DNA of 29,247 bases from a virus (IMGVR_UViG_3300025042_000034:1-29247); one strand, 5' to 3'. Shown: positions 14,819 to 24,906, counted from the first letter of the stretch. Notes: generated by a model from the letters alone, not told the origin. A program made the numbers and translations.

Positions 14819-15553
14819 ATGATGGACGGCAGTATCAGCGTCACTGACCTGGACGATGCGCTGGCCGACCTGAAGCGGCTAGGCCCGCAGAGCAATGCCG
14901 CTTTGGCCTTGGCGCTAAACGAGGTGGGCGCCGAGGCAGTGAAGCAACTGCAGGGCGAGGCGCGCACAGTGTTCGACCGGCCTACGCCTTTCACGATCAA
15001 CGCGTTCCGTGTGCTGTATGCGAAGGCATCACGGCCTGAAGCGGCGGTTTGGATCAAAGACGAGAAGATTGGCGCCGGTGGTGGGCAAGCGCCCGAGGCC
15101 TGGTTTAGTCCGCAGGTGTATGGCGGTGACCGCCGGGTGAAACAGTCGGAGAAGCGCCTACGAGAAAAGGGCATCTTGCCCTCTGGCATGTTCCTGGCTC
15201 CGGGGCCGGGCGCTCGTATGGATGCATACGGCAACCTGTCGCGTGGTCAGATGCAACAGATCCTCTCTGGGCTTAGCGCTGATAACCCATCGGGCTCAAC
15301 CATTGCCGCCAGCCAAAGCCGACGCTCTCTGAAGAAAGGCCACGCTAAGGCGTTCTTCGTGCTCAAGCGGGGTAAGCGTCCCATTGGCATCGCAGAGCGA
15401 CGGGGCAAGACCATGGCTCTGGTGCTGTTGTTTGTGCGGCAACCCAACTACGCCGCCCGCTTCGACTTCTTCCGAGTGGTTCGGCAGGTGGCTGAGAACG
15501 ATGCGCTGGTTGAAGGTGCGATAGACCGGGCCATTGCCAAGGTCCGGCGGTGA
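14819..15553 (+). CDS. Basic phage morphogenesis protein (HK97 gp10 / tail-completion-like)
   Basis: 244 aa; VFDRPTPFTINA and YGNLSRG motifs; sits before the terminase. Confidence 0.6.
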   Translation: MMDGSISVTDLDDALADLKRLGPQSNAALALALNEVGAEAVKQLQGEARTVFDRPTPFTINAFRVLYAKASRPEAAVWIKDEKIGAGGGQAPEAWFSPQVYGGDRRVKQSEKRLREKGILPSGMFLAPGPGARMDAYGNLSRGQMQQILSGLSADNPSGSTIAASQSRRSLKKGHAKAFFVLKRGKRPIGIAERRGKTMALVLLFVRQPNYAARFDFFRVVRQVAENDALVEGAIDRAIAKVRR

Positions 15554-15589
15554 GGGCGTGGGCTTGGTTGGTAGTGCACCGCGCCAGTG

Positions 15590-15712
15590 CGCGGGGGCCC
15601 CTGGAGGTCTGAACGGTCAAGGGTAATTCGGCTCGCGTTTTCTCGCTAGCGGGAGGGTGTGAGACTTAGTTAACTGGGTGAACTGGTTAACCGGGCGTGG
15701 TTAACGGTTAAC
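15590..15712. promoter_or_regulatory. Probable cos/packaging region
   Basis: Non-coding gap before terS; GGGGCCCC palindrome at 15594-15601; GTTAAC at 15669, 15686, 15700, 15707 and GTGAAC at 15678. Confidence 0.5.
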
Positions 15713-15722
15713 AGGTGGCGTT

Positions 15723-16304
15723 ATGGAGACAGCAAGCAAGTCACAGTTCGCGGCGTTGATGGGTTGGTCAAAGCCTTACGTTTCCAAGCTCAGCGGTCAG
15801 GGCCGGTTGGTGCTTGATGACAAAGGCCGCGTGTTGGTCGCTGAGACTAAAGCGCTTCTGGAATCCAGTGCTGACCCAAGTAAGTCTGCCGTTGCAGATC
15901 GCCACCAGCGGGACCGAGTAGAGAAAGGCGTTGGCGTGCACGTTGCACCAGATGCACCCGCAGATACGGCGCCGCCAGCGGCTACGCCCGCTGGTAAGTT
16001 CGATTACCAATCATCCCGCGCTCAGCGCGAGCATTACCTGGCGCAGCTCGCACAAAGCGAAGCCCTCAAGGCGTCGGGTGATTTGGTTGAGCGTGCGGCG
16101 GTAGAGCAGGCTGCTTTTCTTGCTGGTCGCTCACTGCGCGATTTATTGCTGGGACTGCCAAAGCAAATTGCGCCAGACCTGGCCGCCATTACTGACTCTT
16201 GGGAACTCGAACGGATGCTGACCACCCACCTGCGGCGCGTGCTGGAGGATGCCAGCCGCATGAGTGCGGTGGATCTGGACCAGGTGCTGCACCCACCGAA
16301 CTGA
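15723..16304 (+). CDS. terS: Terminase small subunit (Nu1-like)
   Basis: N-terminal wHTH (SKSQFAALMGWSKPYVSKL), coiled coil and GDLVER motif; precedes terL. Confidence 0.85.
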   Translation: METASKSQFAALMGWSKPYVSKLSGQGRLVLDDKGRVLVAETKALLESSADPSKSAVADRHQRDRVEKGVGVHVAPDAPADTAPPAATPAGKFDYQSSRAQREHYLAQLAQSEALKASGDLVERAAVEQAAFLAGRSLRDLLLGLPKQIAPDLAAITDSWELERMLTTHLRRVLEDASRMSAVDLDQVLHPPN

Positions 16305-16308
16305 TGCC

Positions 16309-18306
16309 ATGACGATTGAATACGCGGACGGTGCCGAGCAGTACCGCTCGGCGTATGTGCGAGGCCTGCAGCCTGACCCTGAGCTGTGGACTGACGAGTG
16401 GGCTGATAAGTATATGCGGATCCCGCGTGATACCGGCGCCGCTGAACCAGGGCCATACCGCACGGATCGCACGCCCTATGCACGGGAGCCAATGCGCTGC
16501 CTGTCACCGGGGCATCCGGCAAAGCGCGTTGTGACCAAGGTCGCCTCGCAGATGATGAAAACCCAGATCGCGCTCAACTGGATCGGCAGCATCATTCACC
16601 AGGCGCCGGCCAATATTCTCACCCTGTTGCCCAGCCTTGGGTTGGCCAAGCGGGTCAGCGGTCGGATCGACAAAACCATCAAGGTGACGCCGGTGTTGCG
16701 CGATCGCGTGGCACAGTCTCGCTCGCGTGATTCACGCAACACGCTGGACACCAAAGAGTTTGAAGGCGGCACGTTGTATGCCACCACAGCAGGCTCAGCC
16801 GCCAACCTGGCTGAGGTGTCTGCACGCTATGTATACGGCGATGAGGTCGACCGCTGGGACGTTGATGTTGATAACGAGGGCGACCCGATTGAGCTGGCAG
16901 AAACGCGCGGTACCACCTTTGGCCGCAACGCCAAGTTCTACTTTTCCAGCTCACCCACAATCAAGGGTGTATCGCGAATTGATGACCTGTTTATGCAGGG
17001 CGATCAGCGGCACTTTTACGTGCCTTGCCCTTACTGTGGCGAGCACCAGGTGTTGCGTTGGCAGAACCTGAAATGGGCCAAAGATTACAGCTGGGCTGGT
17101 TACCTGTGCAGCAACCCTGATTGTAGCGGTGCTGGTGCTGGTGCGTTCATCGAAGAGCACCACAAGGGCCAGATGTTGGCTGCAGGCGAGTGGCGCGGGC
17201 ACGCGGAAGGCGACGGCGAAACGGTCAGTTTCACGCTCTCTGCGCTGTATATGCCGCCGGGTTGGTTGGGTTGGACTGACCTCGCGAAGCAATACGACAA
17301 AGCGTCAGTAGCTGCCGCGAAGGGCGACCTTGAGCCGATGCAGGTGTTTTACAACACCCGCCTTGCCGAGGTGTGGGACTCCGCGCAGGAGATGACTAAG
17401 GCCAGTGAGCTAAAAGCGCGCGCAGAAGACTACCGGTTAGGCACCGTGCCCGCCGAGGCTCTGCTACTGACTGCCTCCGTGGATACGCAAGGCGACCGCT
17501 TAGAGCTTATGGTAATTGGCTGGGGCGAGGGCATGGAGCGCTGGGTTGTTGACCACAAAGTCATCCAAGGCACCCCCTCTGATGAGCGCACGTGGGCCGC
17601 GCTGGATGTTGAGCTTAAACAGCGTTACTTGCATGCCTCTGGTATAGAACTGGCAATCCGCGCCACCGCGGTGGACTCCGGCGGCCATCACACCGATGAG
17701 GTGTATCAGTTTTGCCGTTTGCGCCGCTGGCGTAACGTGTTCGCCGTTAAGGGCGCGAGTAAGTCAGGGCGGCCGGTCATTGCCCAGCGGCCCTCCAAGG
17801 TAGACGTGACATGGAAAGGTACCGTTGAGAAGCAGGGCGCAGAGCTTTGGCTGATTGGTACTGACACCGCCAAAGACTGGATCTACAACCGTTATGCGCT
17901 GGGTGAAGGGCCTGGTGCGCTGCACTTTTCCAAGGATCTGGCCGATGACTTTTATGATCAATGTGTAGCTGAACGCAAGATCACCCGCTACGTGAAGGGC
18001 TTCAAACGTCAGGAATGGACAAAGGCTAAGGCCGAGCGAAACGAGGCGCTGGACCTGCTGGTTTACAACCTGGCTATGGCGCACTACTTGAGCATACCTC
18101 GTTATACGTCGGTGGATTGGGAAGGCCTGCGAGCTGCTTTCACACAGCGCAGCCTGTTCTCTGAGCCTGCTAGTCAGTCTGTAAGCACCGATGAGAAGCA
18201 GACTGATCAGGAGTCGCCTCTAGAGCACCAACCACAAACGCCCGCTACTACGGCTAAGCCAACGCGGCGGCGCACATCTCGTAGCGGTTACCTAAACCGC
18301 CGATAG
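16309..18306 (+). CDS. terL: Terminase large subunit (lambda GpA family)
   Basis: RTPY, SQMMKT Walker A, DEVD Walker B, SSPT, VDTQ, DSGG, NEALD motifs. Confidence 0.96.
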   Translation: MTIEYADGAEQYRSAYVRGLQPDPELWTDEWADKYMRIPRDTGAAEPGPYRTDRTPYAREPMRCLSPGHPAKRVVTKVASQMMKTQIALNWIGSIIHQAPANILTLLPSLGLAKRVSGRIDKTIKVTPVLRDRVAQSRSRDSRNTLDTKEFEGGTLYATTAGSAANLAEVSARYVYGDEVDRWDVDVDNEGDPIELAETRGTTFGRNAKFYFSSSPTIKGVSRIDDLFMQGDQRHFYVPCPYCGEHQVLRWQNLKWAKDYSWAGYLCSNPDCSGAGAGAFIEEHHKGQMLAAGEWRGHAEGDGETVSFTLSALYMPPGWLGWTDLAKQYDKASVAAAKGDLEPMQVFYNTRLAEVWDSAQEMTKASELKARAEDYRLGTVPAEALLLTASVDTQGDRLELMVIGWGEGMERWVVDHKVIQGTPSDERTWAALDVELKQRYLHASGIELAIRATAVDSGGHHTDEVYQFCRLRRWRNVFAVKGASKSGRPVIAQRPSKVDVTWKGTVEKQGAELWLIGTDTAKDWIYNRYALGEGPGALHFSKDLADDFYDQCVAERKITRYVKGFKRQEWTKAKAERNEALDLLVYNLAMAHYLSIPRYTSVDWEGLRAAFTQRSLFSEPASQSVSTDEKQTDQESPLEHQPQTPATTAKPTRRRTSRSGYLNRR

Positions 18307-18309
18307 TTC

Positions 18310-18549
18310 ATGAGGTACACGATGAGCACTGCACAGCAGCGCCTGGACAGTGTTCGGGCGCAGATTGATGAGGTCTTGCAAAAAGGCCAGCGGATGCGCA
18401 AAGGCGACCGCGAGCTGCAACGGGCCGAGCTGGCCAGCTTGCGGATGCTGGAGTCTGAGTACATCAAACAGTCTGCCCGCGAAGCTGCCGCCAACTCTGG
18501 TCGGTCTAGGGTTACGCGGCTTTACCACGGGGGCAAAGGAATTCGATGA
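18310..18549 (+). CDS. Head completion protein (gpW-like)
   Basis: Small ORF between terL and portal; GQ...GDRELQRAELASL; start may be 18322. Confidence 0.75.
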   Translation: MRYTMSTAQQRLDSVRAQIDEVLQKGQRMRKGDRELQRAELASLRMLESEYIKQSAREAAANSGRSRVTRLYHGGKGIR

Positions 18550-20018
18550 GCCGCCAACGACTAGTAGCCAAACGTATCCGCAATAGCTACGAGGGAGCCG
18601 GTACCGGTCGCCGTGCAAAGGGCTGGGACGCCCCCGATGTGGCTATCAATAGCGTCTCACTACCCGCATTGCCGCTGCTGCGCAGACGCAGCCGGGCTGC
18701 TGTACGGAACGACCCATATGCGCTTAGCGCGATTACCAAACGGGTCACCAACATCATCGGCACTGGCATCACGCCAAGGCCGCAAATCAAGGATGAGGCG
18801 ATCCGCAGCGCCCTGCAGGAGCTATGGGAAGACTGGGCAGACGAAGCAGACGCTGACGACCGCACAGACTTTTACGGTCTGCAGGCTCTGATTGGCCGCA
18901 TGGTTGAGGAGTCCGGCGAATGCTTTGTACGGTACCGCTACCGTCGTGACGCAGACGGTTTTGTTGTGCCGTTCCAGCTGCAGATCCTACCGGCTGAGTT
19001 TGTGCCTATTGATCGCAACTTCAAAACCCGTCGCGGCAATATCGTGCGTGCCGGTATTGAGTTCGACGCGGTGGGCCGGCGCGCAGCGTACTGGATGTAT
19101 CAGCAGAACCCCGGCGATGCCAACGCGCACTTGGCCGGCTTCAACATGCTGCACCGGATACCCGCAGACCAGGTGCTGCATATCTACGAGGTACAGGAAG
19201 CGGGTCAGTTGCGAGGCATCCCGCGCCTAGCACCAGTGCTACTGCGGCTGCGCTCATTGGATAACTACGATGATGCGGTGTTGTTTAGGCAAGAGGTGAG
19301 CAACCTGTTTGCAGGCTTTATCGTAAAGCCCGCGTCTGAAGGCCCACCCGGCCTGGATGCCGTGACCGGTGAGCCGCTGACCACCGATGCCGACGGCACA
19401 CCGATGGTCGCGCTTGAACCGGGCTCTATGCAGGAGCTAATGGAAGGCGAGAAGGTCGAGTTTTCTGACCCGCCAGACGCGGGCAATACCTACGTGGACT
19501 TTATGCGGCAGCAACTGCAGGCCGCTGCTGCCGGCGTTGAGTTGCCCTATGAACTGCTAACCGGCGACATGAAAGACGTAAGCGACAGGGTACTGCGGAT
19601 TCTGCTGAATGACTTCCGGCGCCGTATTGAACAGCTTCAATTCTCGGTTTATGTGCACCAGCTGTGCAGACCGGTACGGGCTGCATGGCTCGACGCCGCA
19701 GTGTTGTCAGGCGCGATTGACCTGCCGAGCTATGCAGAGCCTGCCAAGCGGCGCGATTACCTGCGCACGCGCTGGATTCCGCAGGGCTGGGCGTATCACC
19801 ACCCCGTGCAAGATGTGCAAGGCAAGCTGCTTGAGATTGGTGGCGGGCTGCTAAGTCGCAGCGAGCATGCGCTACGCACCGGCTATGACGCCGAGGTGAT
19901 CGACAACGAAAACGCTCAGGACAACGCAAGGGTAAAACGGCTCGGCCTAGCTTACAAAGTCGACACCACCGCCGAGACTGAAACCAGCAACAAGAACACC
20001 AATGAAGAGGAACCATGA
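18546..20018 (+). CDS. Portal protein, lambda family
   Basis: YEGA, RSR..VRND, GIEFD..GR..AY and GQLRGIP motifs. Confidence 0.95.
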   Translation: MSRQRLVAKRIRNSYEGAGTGRRAKGWDAPDVAINSVSLPALPLLRRRSRAAVRNDPYALSAITKRVTNIIGTGITPRPQIKDEAIRSALQELWEDWADEADADDRTDFYGLQALIGRMVEESGECFVRYRYRRDADGFVVPFQLQILPAEFVPIDRNFKTRRGNIVRAGIEFDAVGRRAAYWMYQQNPGDANAHLAGFNMLHRIPADQVLHIYEVQEAGQLRGIPRLAPVLLRLRSLDNYDDAVLFRQEVSNLFAGFIVKPASEGPPGLDAVTGEPLTTDADGTPMVALEPGSMQELMEGEKVEFSDPPDAGNTYVDFMRQQLQAAAAGVELPYELLTGDMKDVSDRVLRILLNDFRRRIEQLQFSVYVHQLCRPVRAAWLDAAVLSGAIDLPSYAEPAKRRDYLRTRWIPQGWAYHHPVQDVQGKLLEIGGGLLSRSEHALRTGYDAEVIDNENAQDNARVKRLGLAYKVDTTAETETSNKNTNEEEP

Positions 20019-21196
20019 CCATGAAGAAACACCGGCAATGCATGATTGCCCTGGCGATGGCTGCGGCTGCCTCTTCGCCTTGGCGGATCATGAACAAAGG
20101 CACCGGCGATGCCAGCAAGGACGGCAGCTGGTATCGCATCAACAATGTGGCTGAAGACCCCAGCAAGCCGCTTGAGGTGGAAATCTACGACGAAATTGGC
20201 ACCTGGGGTGTTACCGCTAAACAGTTTGTAGATGAGCTGAAAGCAGCGGATGACGGGCAAAGAAACATCGTCATCGCTATCAACAGCATCGGCGGTGAGA
20301 TGGGTGATGGTTTTGCCATCCATAACGCTCTGCAGCGACTTGGCGAGCGGGTGACCGCGCGCATTGACGGCTTTGCGCTAAGCTCCGCCGGCGTAGTGGC
20401 GATGGGTGCGCACCGCGTGCAAATGCACGACAACGCCATGCTGATGATGCACAACCCTTGGACCTTCGCCGCTGGCGACAGTGAAGAGTTTCGCAAGATC
20501 GCGGACATCATGGATCAGATGGTTGAAGGCATCGTGGCCAGCTTTAAACACCGCACGCTGAATGTGGACGATGCAGAGCTGCGCCGCATGATCAGCGCGG
20601 AAACCTGGTTAACGGCGCAGGAGGCCAAGGACCAAGGCTTTGTTGATGAGGTGCTCAGTGGCGCCGGTAGTGTGAGCAACGCCTCGAGCCTGCGCATCCT
20701 CAATCGTTACAACAACATGCCGGCAGCGGTTAAAGCCCAAATGGCTAATCCACCCGCTGATCCGCCCGAACCAGAGCCAGAACCTGAACCGGATCCGGAG
20801 GGCGATCCGCCAGATATGGTCGCGCTTGCAGCGCTGGCCACGGCGGAGTGTGCCAAAGCCGGCATTGCCGATCAGGCACAAGTGATCATCCAGGCAAGCG
20901 GCCTTAAGGATGAAGCCAGCGTGCGCACTGCTGTGAAGCAGGCCAAGGATGTGCGGGCCCTTTGCATCATGGCCAAGCAACCGGACCTGGCAGCTGGCTT
21001 CATTCAGGACGGCCTGACGCCTGACGTGGCGCGCGGCAAGTTGTTCGACAAGCTGGTTGCTAACAGCGGCCAGGTTGAAATCAACAACCACCCCCCGGTG
21101 GATGACCAGCCAGCGCCAAGCGTTAAGGCTGTTAACCCGAGCGCCGTTTACGCGGCTCGACGTAACAAAACCGCCTCGAAAGGAGCGCAAGCATGA
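20015..21196 (+). CDS. ClpP-type head maturation protease with C-terminal scaffold
   Basis: IYDEIG, INSIGG, DGFALSS, MMHNPW, ETWLTAQEA...GFVD; PE-rich linker. Confidence 0.92.
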   Translation: MTMKKHRQCMIALAMAAAASSPWRIMNKGTGDASKDGSWYRINNVAEDPSKPLEVEIYDEIGTWGVTAKQFVDELKAADDGQRNIVIAINSIGGEMGDGFAIHNALQRLGERVTARIDGFALSSAGVVAMGAHRVQMHDNAMLMMHNPWTFAAGDSEEFRKIADIMDQMVEGIVASFKHRTLNVDDAELRRMISAETWLTAQEAKDQGFVDEVLSGAGSVSNASSLRILNRYNNMPAAVKAQMANPPADPPEPEPEPEPDPEGDPPDMVALAALATAECAKAGIADQAQVIIQASGLKDEASVRTAVKQAKDVRALCIMAKQPDLAAGFIQDGLTPDVARGKLFDKLVANSGQVEINNHPPVDDQPAPSVKAVNPSAVYAARRNKTASKGAQA

Positions 21197-21828
21197 GTAT
21201 CAAAACTGAAGGCGTAAACACCGGTGAATTCCTCCTTTCGGAGGCCAACGGTCAGCGCAGCCGAGCCAATATCGTCATCGCTGCTGGAGCGGGCATTGTG
21301 CTTGCCGGTACCTTACTGGCCGCGATCACAACTGCCAATGCCATGGTGGCAACCGCGGAAGGTGGCAACACCGGTGATGGCACTGTAGGCACTATTGCAG
21401 TAACCAGCTCCGCTGTATCCGGGACTTACACGCTTAACATTACCAAGGCGGCTGCAGGTGCAGGGAGCTTCGATGTAGTCGGCCCTGGCGATAGCGTGAT
21501 TGGTAGCGGGCAAGTTGGTGAGGCGTTTGAGGCGGCAGGCCTGGGCTTCACGGTAGCCGCGGGCAGCGCTGATTTTGTCAAAGGCGACAGCTTCACTTTG
21601 GCCGTGACCGCAAACCTGGGTGAATACGTGCCTTATGACGATGACGGCACGGACGATGGACGTCGCGCCGCATCGGCGATTCTCTATGGTTCTGTGGACG
21701 CTACTGAAACTGACGCCCTGGCTGTTGGCGTAGTGCGGGACGCAGAGGTAGTAGAGCGCCTGCTTATTGGCATGGACGCCACCGGCGCTGCTGATCTTCA
21801 GGCCTTGGGCATCGTTATTCGACCCTAA
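21193..21828 (+). CDS. Head decoration protein (gpD-like) with inserted beta domain
   Basis: EFLLSEANGQRSR...GTLL and DDG...A.AILY motifs flank a Gly/Thr-rich insert. Confidence 0.8.
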   Translation: MSIKTEGVNTGEFLLSEANGQRSRANIVIAAGAGIVLAGTLLAAITTANAMVATAEGGNTGDGTVGTIAVTSSAVSGTYTLNITKAAAGAGSFDVVGPGDSVIGSGQVGEAFEAAGLGFTVAAGSADFVKGDSFTLAVTANLGEYVPYDDDGTDDGRRAASAILYGSVDATETDALAVGVVRDAEVVERLLIGMDATGAADLQALGIVIRP

Positions 21829-21852
21829 CCTGAACTGAAACACTAACCCCTC

Positions 21853-21878
21853 AAAACCTCGCAGCAGCGGGGTTTTTT
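21853..21878 (+). terminator. Intrinsic terminator-like hairpin
   Basis: AAAACCTCGC-AGCA-GCGGGGTTTTTT. Confidence 0.75.
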
Positions 21879-21895
21879 ATTGCTAGGAGCCCACC

Positions 21896-22894
21896 ATGGC
21901 TGAGATTTCCCTTTTTGAAGATGAGGCCTTCAGCGTTCCGGCGTTGCTTGCCGTGATCAATGACGAGCCACAAGTGCCGGGCCAGATTGGCGCATCTGGT
22001 CTGTTTGAAGAAGAAGGTGTGAACAGCACCACCGTCCAGATCGAAAAAGACGGCACCACCCTGGCACTGGTGCCAGCTGCTGCACGCGGCGGCGTAGGTA
22101 TGGCGGTATTGGCCGACAAGCGTCAGCTGATCCCGTTCAACACTGTGCATTTGCCGCAAGTCTTCCAGATTCTGGCGGATGAGATCCAAGGCATCCGCGC
22201 GGTCGGCAGCACCACTGAGCTGCAACAAGCTCAGCGCGTGGTTGAGCGCCGCCTGCAAAAATGCCAGATGCAACTGGACACCACGCACGAATACCAGCGC
22301 GTAGGGGCCATTAATGGTCTGGTGCTGGATGCGGACGGTAAGAACGTGCTGTTGGATATTCATCAGCGTTTTGGCCTCACGCGCCCCAAGGCTTTTTCAT
22401 TCGAGCTCGAAAACCCCGACACAGACGTGAGCGTGAAGTGCGTCGAGGTGCTCGACCTGCAAGAAGATGCGCTGGGCAATCTCAGCGGCGCAGGCGCGCA
22501 TGCATGGTGTGGTCAGGCGTTCTGGAACAAGCTGATCAGCCACAAGAGCGTGCGTGAAGCCTATTTGACCAGTGAAGGTGCCAGCACCTTGCGCGGTGAC
22601 CGCCGGCAGGCGTTCGTGTTTGGCGGCATCCTGTGGGAGCGCTATCGCGGCAAGGTCAACGGCCAACCCTTTGTTGCCACCGACCGCGCCAAGCTCGTGC
22701 CTGAAGGTGTGCCGGGTCTGTTCATCTCTGCGTTTGCGCCGGCGGACTACATGGAGGTGGTTAACACCGAAGGTCTGCCGTATTACGCCAAGCTGGAGCG
22801 CCTGCCTTTTGATAAGGGTATCGCTGGTGAGGCGCAATCCAACCCGCTGCATATCTGCACCAAGCCACTGGCGGTGCGTGAGCTGACCATCTGA
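21896..22894 (+). CDS. Major capsid protein (lambda gpE family)
   Basis: 332 aa; LALVP..RG, ADEIQGIRA, FAPADY, QSNPL motifs; SD AGGAG. Confidence 0.93.
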   Translation: MAEISLFEDEAFSVPALLAVINDEPQVPGQIGASGLFEEEGVNSTTVQIEKDGTTLALVPAAARGGVGMAVLADKRQLIPFNTVHLPQVFQILADEIQGIRAVGSTTELQQAQRVVERRLQKCQMQLDTTHEYQRVGAINGLVLDADGKNVLLDIHQRFGLTRPKAFSFELENPDTDVSVKCVEVLDLQEDALGNLSGAGAHAWCGQAFWNKLISHKSVREAYLTSEGASTLRGDRRQAFVFGGILWERYRGKVNGQPFVATDRAKLVPEGVPGLFISAFAPADYMEVVNTEGLPYYAKLERLPFDKGIAGEAQSNPLHICTKPLAVRELTI

Positions 22895-22896
22895 CC

Positions 22897-23235
22897 ATGG
22901 CTAGCTTCGCAGACCTGACCAACGAGATGGACGACAGCCTGCTGTCGTCGCTCAAGGATGGATGCGTTGACCTGATTACAGCTGCCGGTGTGGTGGCTGT
23001 GGTTGGGGTAGACGCCATCGTTGAACAGGATGTCGAGCGGATCAGCGAGCAGGGCTTTGTCGAGCGCGTAGTCACTATCTGTGTACGCAGGACTCTGCTG
23101 GGCAGCTATGACCGCAAGGGCGCATTCGTCAGTAATGTGGATGAGCCCATTGCCGACCTGGCCGCCAAGCGCTGGCACCTGGATGGCATCGAATCCGACG
23201 ACGGCCACCTGATCACCTTCTACGTGAGACCCTGA
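22897..23235 (+). CDS. Probable head-tail joining protein
   Basis: 112 aa directly after the capsid gene; C-terminal DDG beta strands. Confidence 0.6.
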   Translation: MASFADLTNEMDDSLLSSLKDGCVDLITAAGVVAVVGVDAIVEQDVERISEQGFVERVVTICVRRTLLGSYDRKGAFVSNVDEPIADLAAKRWHLDGIESDDGHLITFYVRP

Positions 23236-23236
23236 T

Positions 23237-23674
23237 ATGCCACTCGATGTGCAAAGTCTGGTGCTCGCAGAGCTGGAGCAGCTGCTGGCATCTGTGCCTG
23301 CGTTCGGTGAGCTGGTGTTTGAAGACAGCGTGCTGCGCGTGCTCGATGCTGCTGATTCGGAACTGCCTGATCAGTTCATCGTACTGCAGCCCGGCGACAC
23401 GCAAGAGCTGGAGCGCGTCGGGCATGGCAGTGTGCGCGAACAAACGACCATCAACATCACCGCGGTAACCAAACTGCGGGGCTTCGCGCCTGTGCTGCGG
23501 GCTGCGCGGCTGGGCATCAAGGTCGCGCTGGCTGGCAACAAAGCCGGGTTAATGACCATGGGCGTGCAAAAGGCGGCGTTTCAATCTGAATCGCCATTGC
23601 CACCCGGTCCCGGCCGTGTGTGGGCCGCTCACGTTCTACCGCTGCAAATCACGTACGTCCAACCCCTGAAATAA
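23237..23674 (+). CDS. Probable tail terminator protein
   Basis: 145 aa between connector and tail tube; C-terminal LQITY strand. Confidence 0.6.
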   Translation: MPLDVQSLVLAELEQLLASVPAFGELVFEDSVLRVLDAADSELPDQFIVLQPGDTQELERVGHGSVREQTTINITAVTKLRGFAPVLRAARLGIKVALAGNKAGLMTMGVQKAAFQSESPLPPGPGRVWAAHVLPLQITYVQPLK

Positions 23675-23685
23675 CCGGAGGCATC

Positions 23686-23883
23686 ATGCCTAAACACAAT
23701 GTCACCCAGGCGTTTCATTACGCACAGGGCGGTGAAGTGCTGCTGTTCAAAAAAGGTGAGCAGGATCTGCCGCCAGCTGTAGCAGAGCACGCCATCAAAC
23801 ACGGGTTTGCACCAGCGCCCAAAACGCCAACCGCCAAGCAAACGGACGCGCCTGCAAAGGCCGAGCCTGCAGCCAAGCAATAA
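23686..23883 (+). CDS. Small phage structural-module protein
   Basis: 65 aa from MPKHNV with SD GGAGG; Pro/Ala/Lys-rich tail. Confidence 0.75.
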   Translation: MPKHNVTQAFHYAQGGEVLLFKKGEQDLPPAVAEHAIKHGFAPAPKTPTAKQTDAPAKAEPAAKQ

Positions 23884-23898
23884 CCAGAGGGACCAACC

Positions 23899-24642
23899 AT
23901 GGCACAAGTAGACCGCTCGTTTGTGGGTGAAGGCATCATCTACGCCCGCGCATATCAGAGCCAGGCCGCATTGCTGGATATTGGCAACTGCGACGCCTTT
24001 AACCTGTCGTACCAAACCAACCGTACCACGCTGCCAAACTTTCGCGGCGGTGGCGGTAACCGCAACGTGCGTGAGCGGATCACAGACGTAACCGCGACCA
24101 TGGGTATGTATGACCTCACGCCAGAGAACGTCGCACGTGTGACCCGCTCGCTGGTGACTGAGGTGCCCACCACCGCTATCGTCGATGAACCGCTGGCCTG
24201 TGAAGGTGTAGTGGGTGAGTTGATCCCGTTCAAGTACTTGCCAGGAATGGAGACTGCGCCCGTGCTGAAAACAGCCGGTGATGATCCGCTGGTTGCAGGT
24301 ACCGACTACCTGCTGAACCCGCACGGCATCATTGTGATGTCTACCACCAACATCACCAGTGCAGGCATAAAGGCCAGCTACACGCCGCGCGGCTCTAGCG
24401 TGCTGCAAATGATGACCGCCCCGGCTGTAGAGCTGGAAATCTACATTGCGGGCCTTAACGATGCACAGAGCGGAGAACCCTTTAGCTTGCGCCCGCGGCG
24501 CATGAAGCTGGGCGTCGTCAGCCAGCTGCAGGTGCTGGGGCAGGAATACCTGAAGCTGGAAGCACCAGGTGAGCTGCTGGCCGATGACACCATCGTTGCG
24601 AGTGACATCAGCAAGTTCTGTGCGATGGAATTGGCGGCTTAG
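23899..24642 (+). CDS. Major tail tube protein
   Basis: 247 aa; G.G..Y, IGNC, GTDY, GLNDA motifs; upstream of the tape measure. Confidence 0.8.
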   Translation: MAQVDRSFVGEGIIYARAYQSQAALLDIGNCDAFNLSYQTNRTTLPNFRGGGGNRNVRERITDVTATMGMYDLTPENVARVTRSLVTEVPTTAIVDEPLACEGVVGELIPFKYLPGMETAPVLKTAGDDPLVAGTDYLLNPHGIIVMSTTNITSAGIKASYTPRGSSVLQMMTAPAVELEIYIAGLNDAQSGEPFSLRPRRMKLGVVSQLQVLGQEYLKLEAPGELLADDTIVASDISKFCAMELAA

Positions 24643-24656
24643 CATATTTTCGCCTA

Positions 24657-24686
24657 AAAGTCTTTTGGCCGCGGCCGAAAGACTTT
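24657..24686. terminator. Long inverted repeat after the tail tube gene
   Basis: AAAGTCTTTTGGCC-GC-GGCCGAAAGACTTT, one G-U position. Confidence 0.6.
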
Positions 24687-24759
24687 GTGCTTATGCAGCG
24701 GCAGAGTTAAGGGGTAGGCCGGTTGACGCCGTCATTCCTTAAGTCGCTGCGAGGGCGCC

Positions 24760-24906
24760 ATGGTGAGTAAAGATCTGGTAAGGATTGTGCTGTTGGGTCG
24801 TATGAATGAACGAGATTCGGGAGTGGTTGGAAAAATAGTGGCTCTCTCAGTACTAGTTATGTCGCTCGGAGCAGCCTTCGCACTGATACTCGCTTCGTCA
24901 TCGTAA
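24760..24906 (+). CDS. Candidate 48-aa membrane peptide (not in the ORF track)
   Basis: MVSKDLVRIVLLGRMNERDSGVVGKIVALSVLVMSLGAAFALILASSS; GAGG upstream; C-terminal TM segment. Confidence 0.4.
   Translation: MVSKDLVRIVLLGRMNERDSGVVGKIVALSVLVMSLGAAFALILASSS

Noticed and set aside
20015-20095. Signal-peptide-like N-terminus of the head protease
   Set aside because: Head proteases are cytoplasmic; the hydrophobic run is short and the start codon is uncertain
20750-20812. PEPEPEPEPD repeat
   Set aside because: Ordinary low-complexity linker between protease and scaffold domains
23629-24645. 338-aa minus-strand ORF and other long antisense ORFs (e.g. 5107-5778, 19501-20166)
   Set aside because: Shadow frames of well-supported genes in GC-rich DNA
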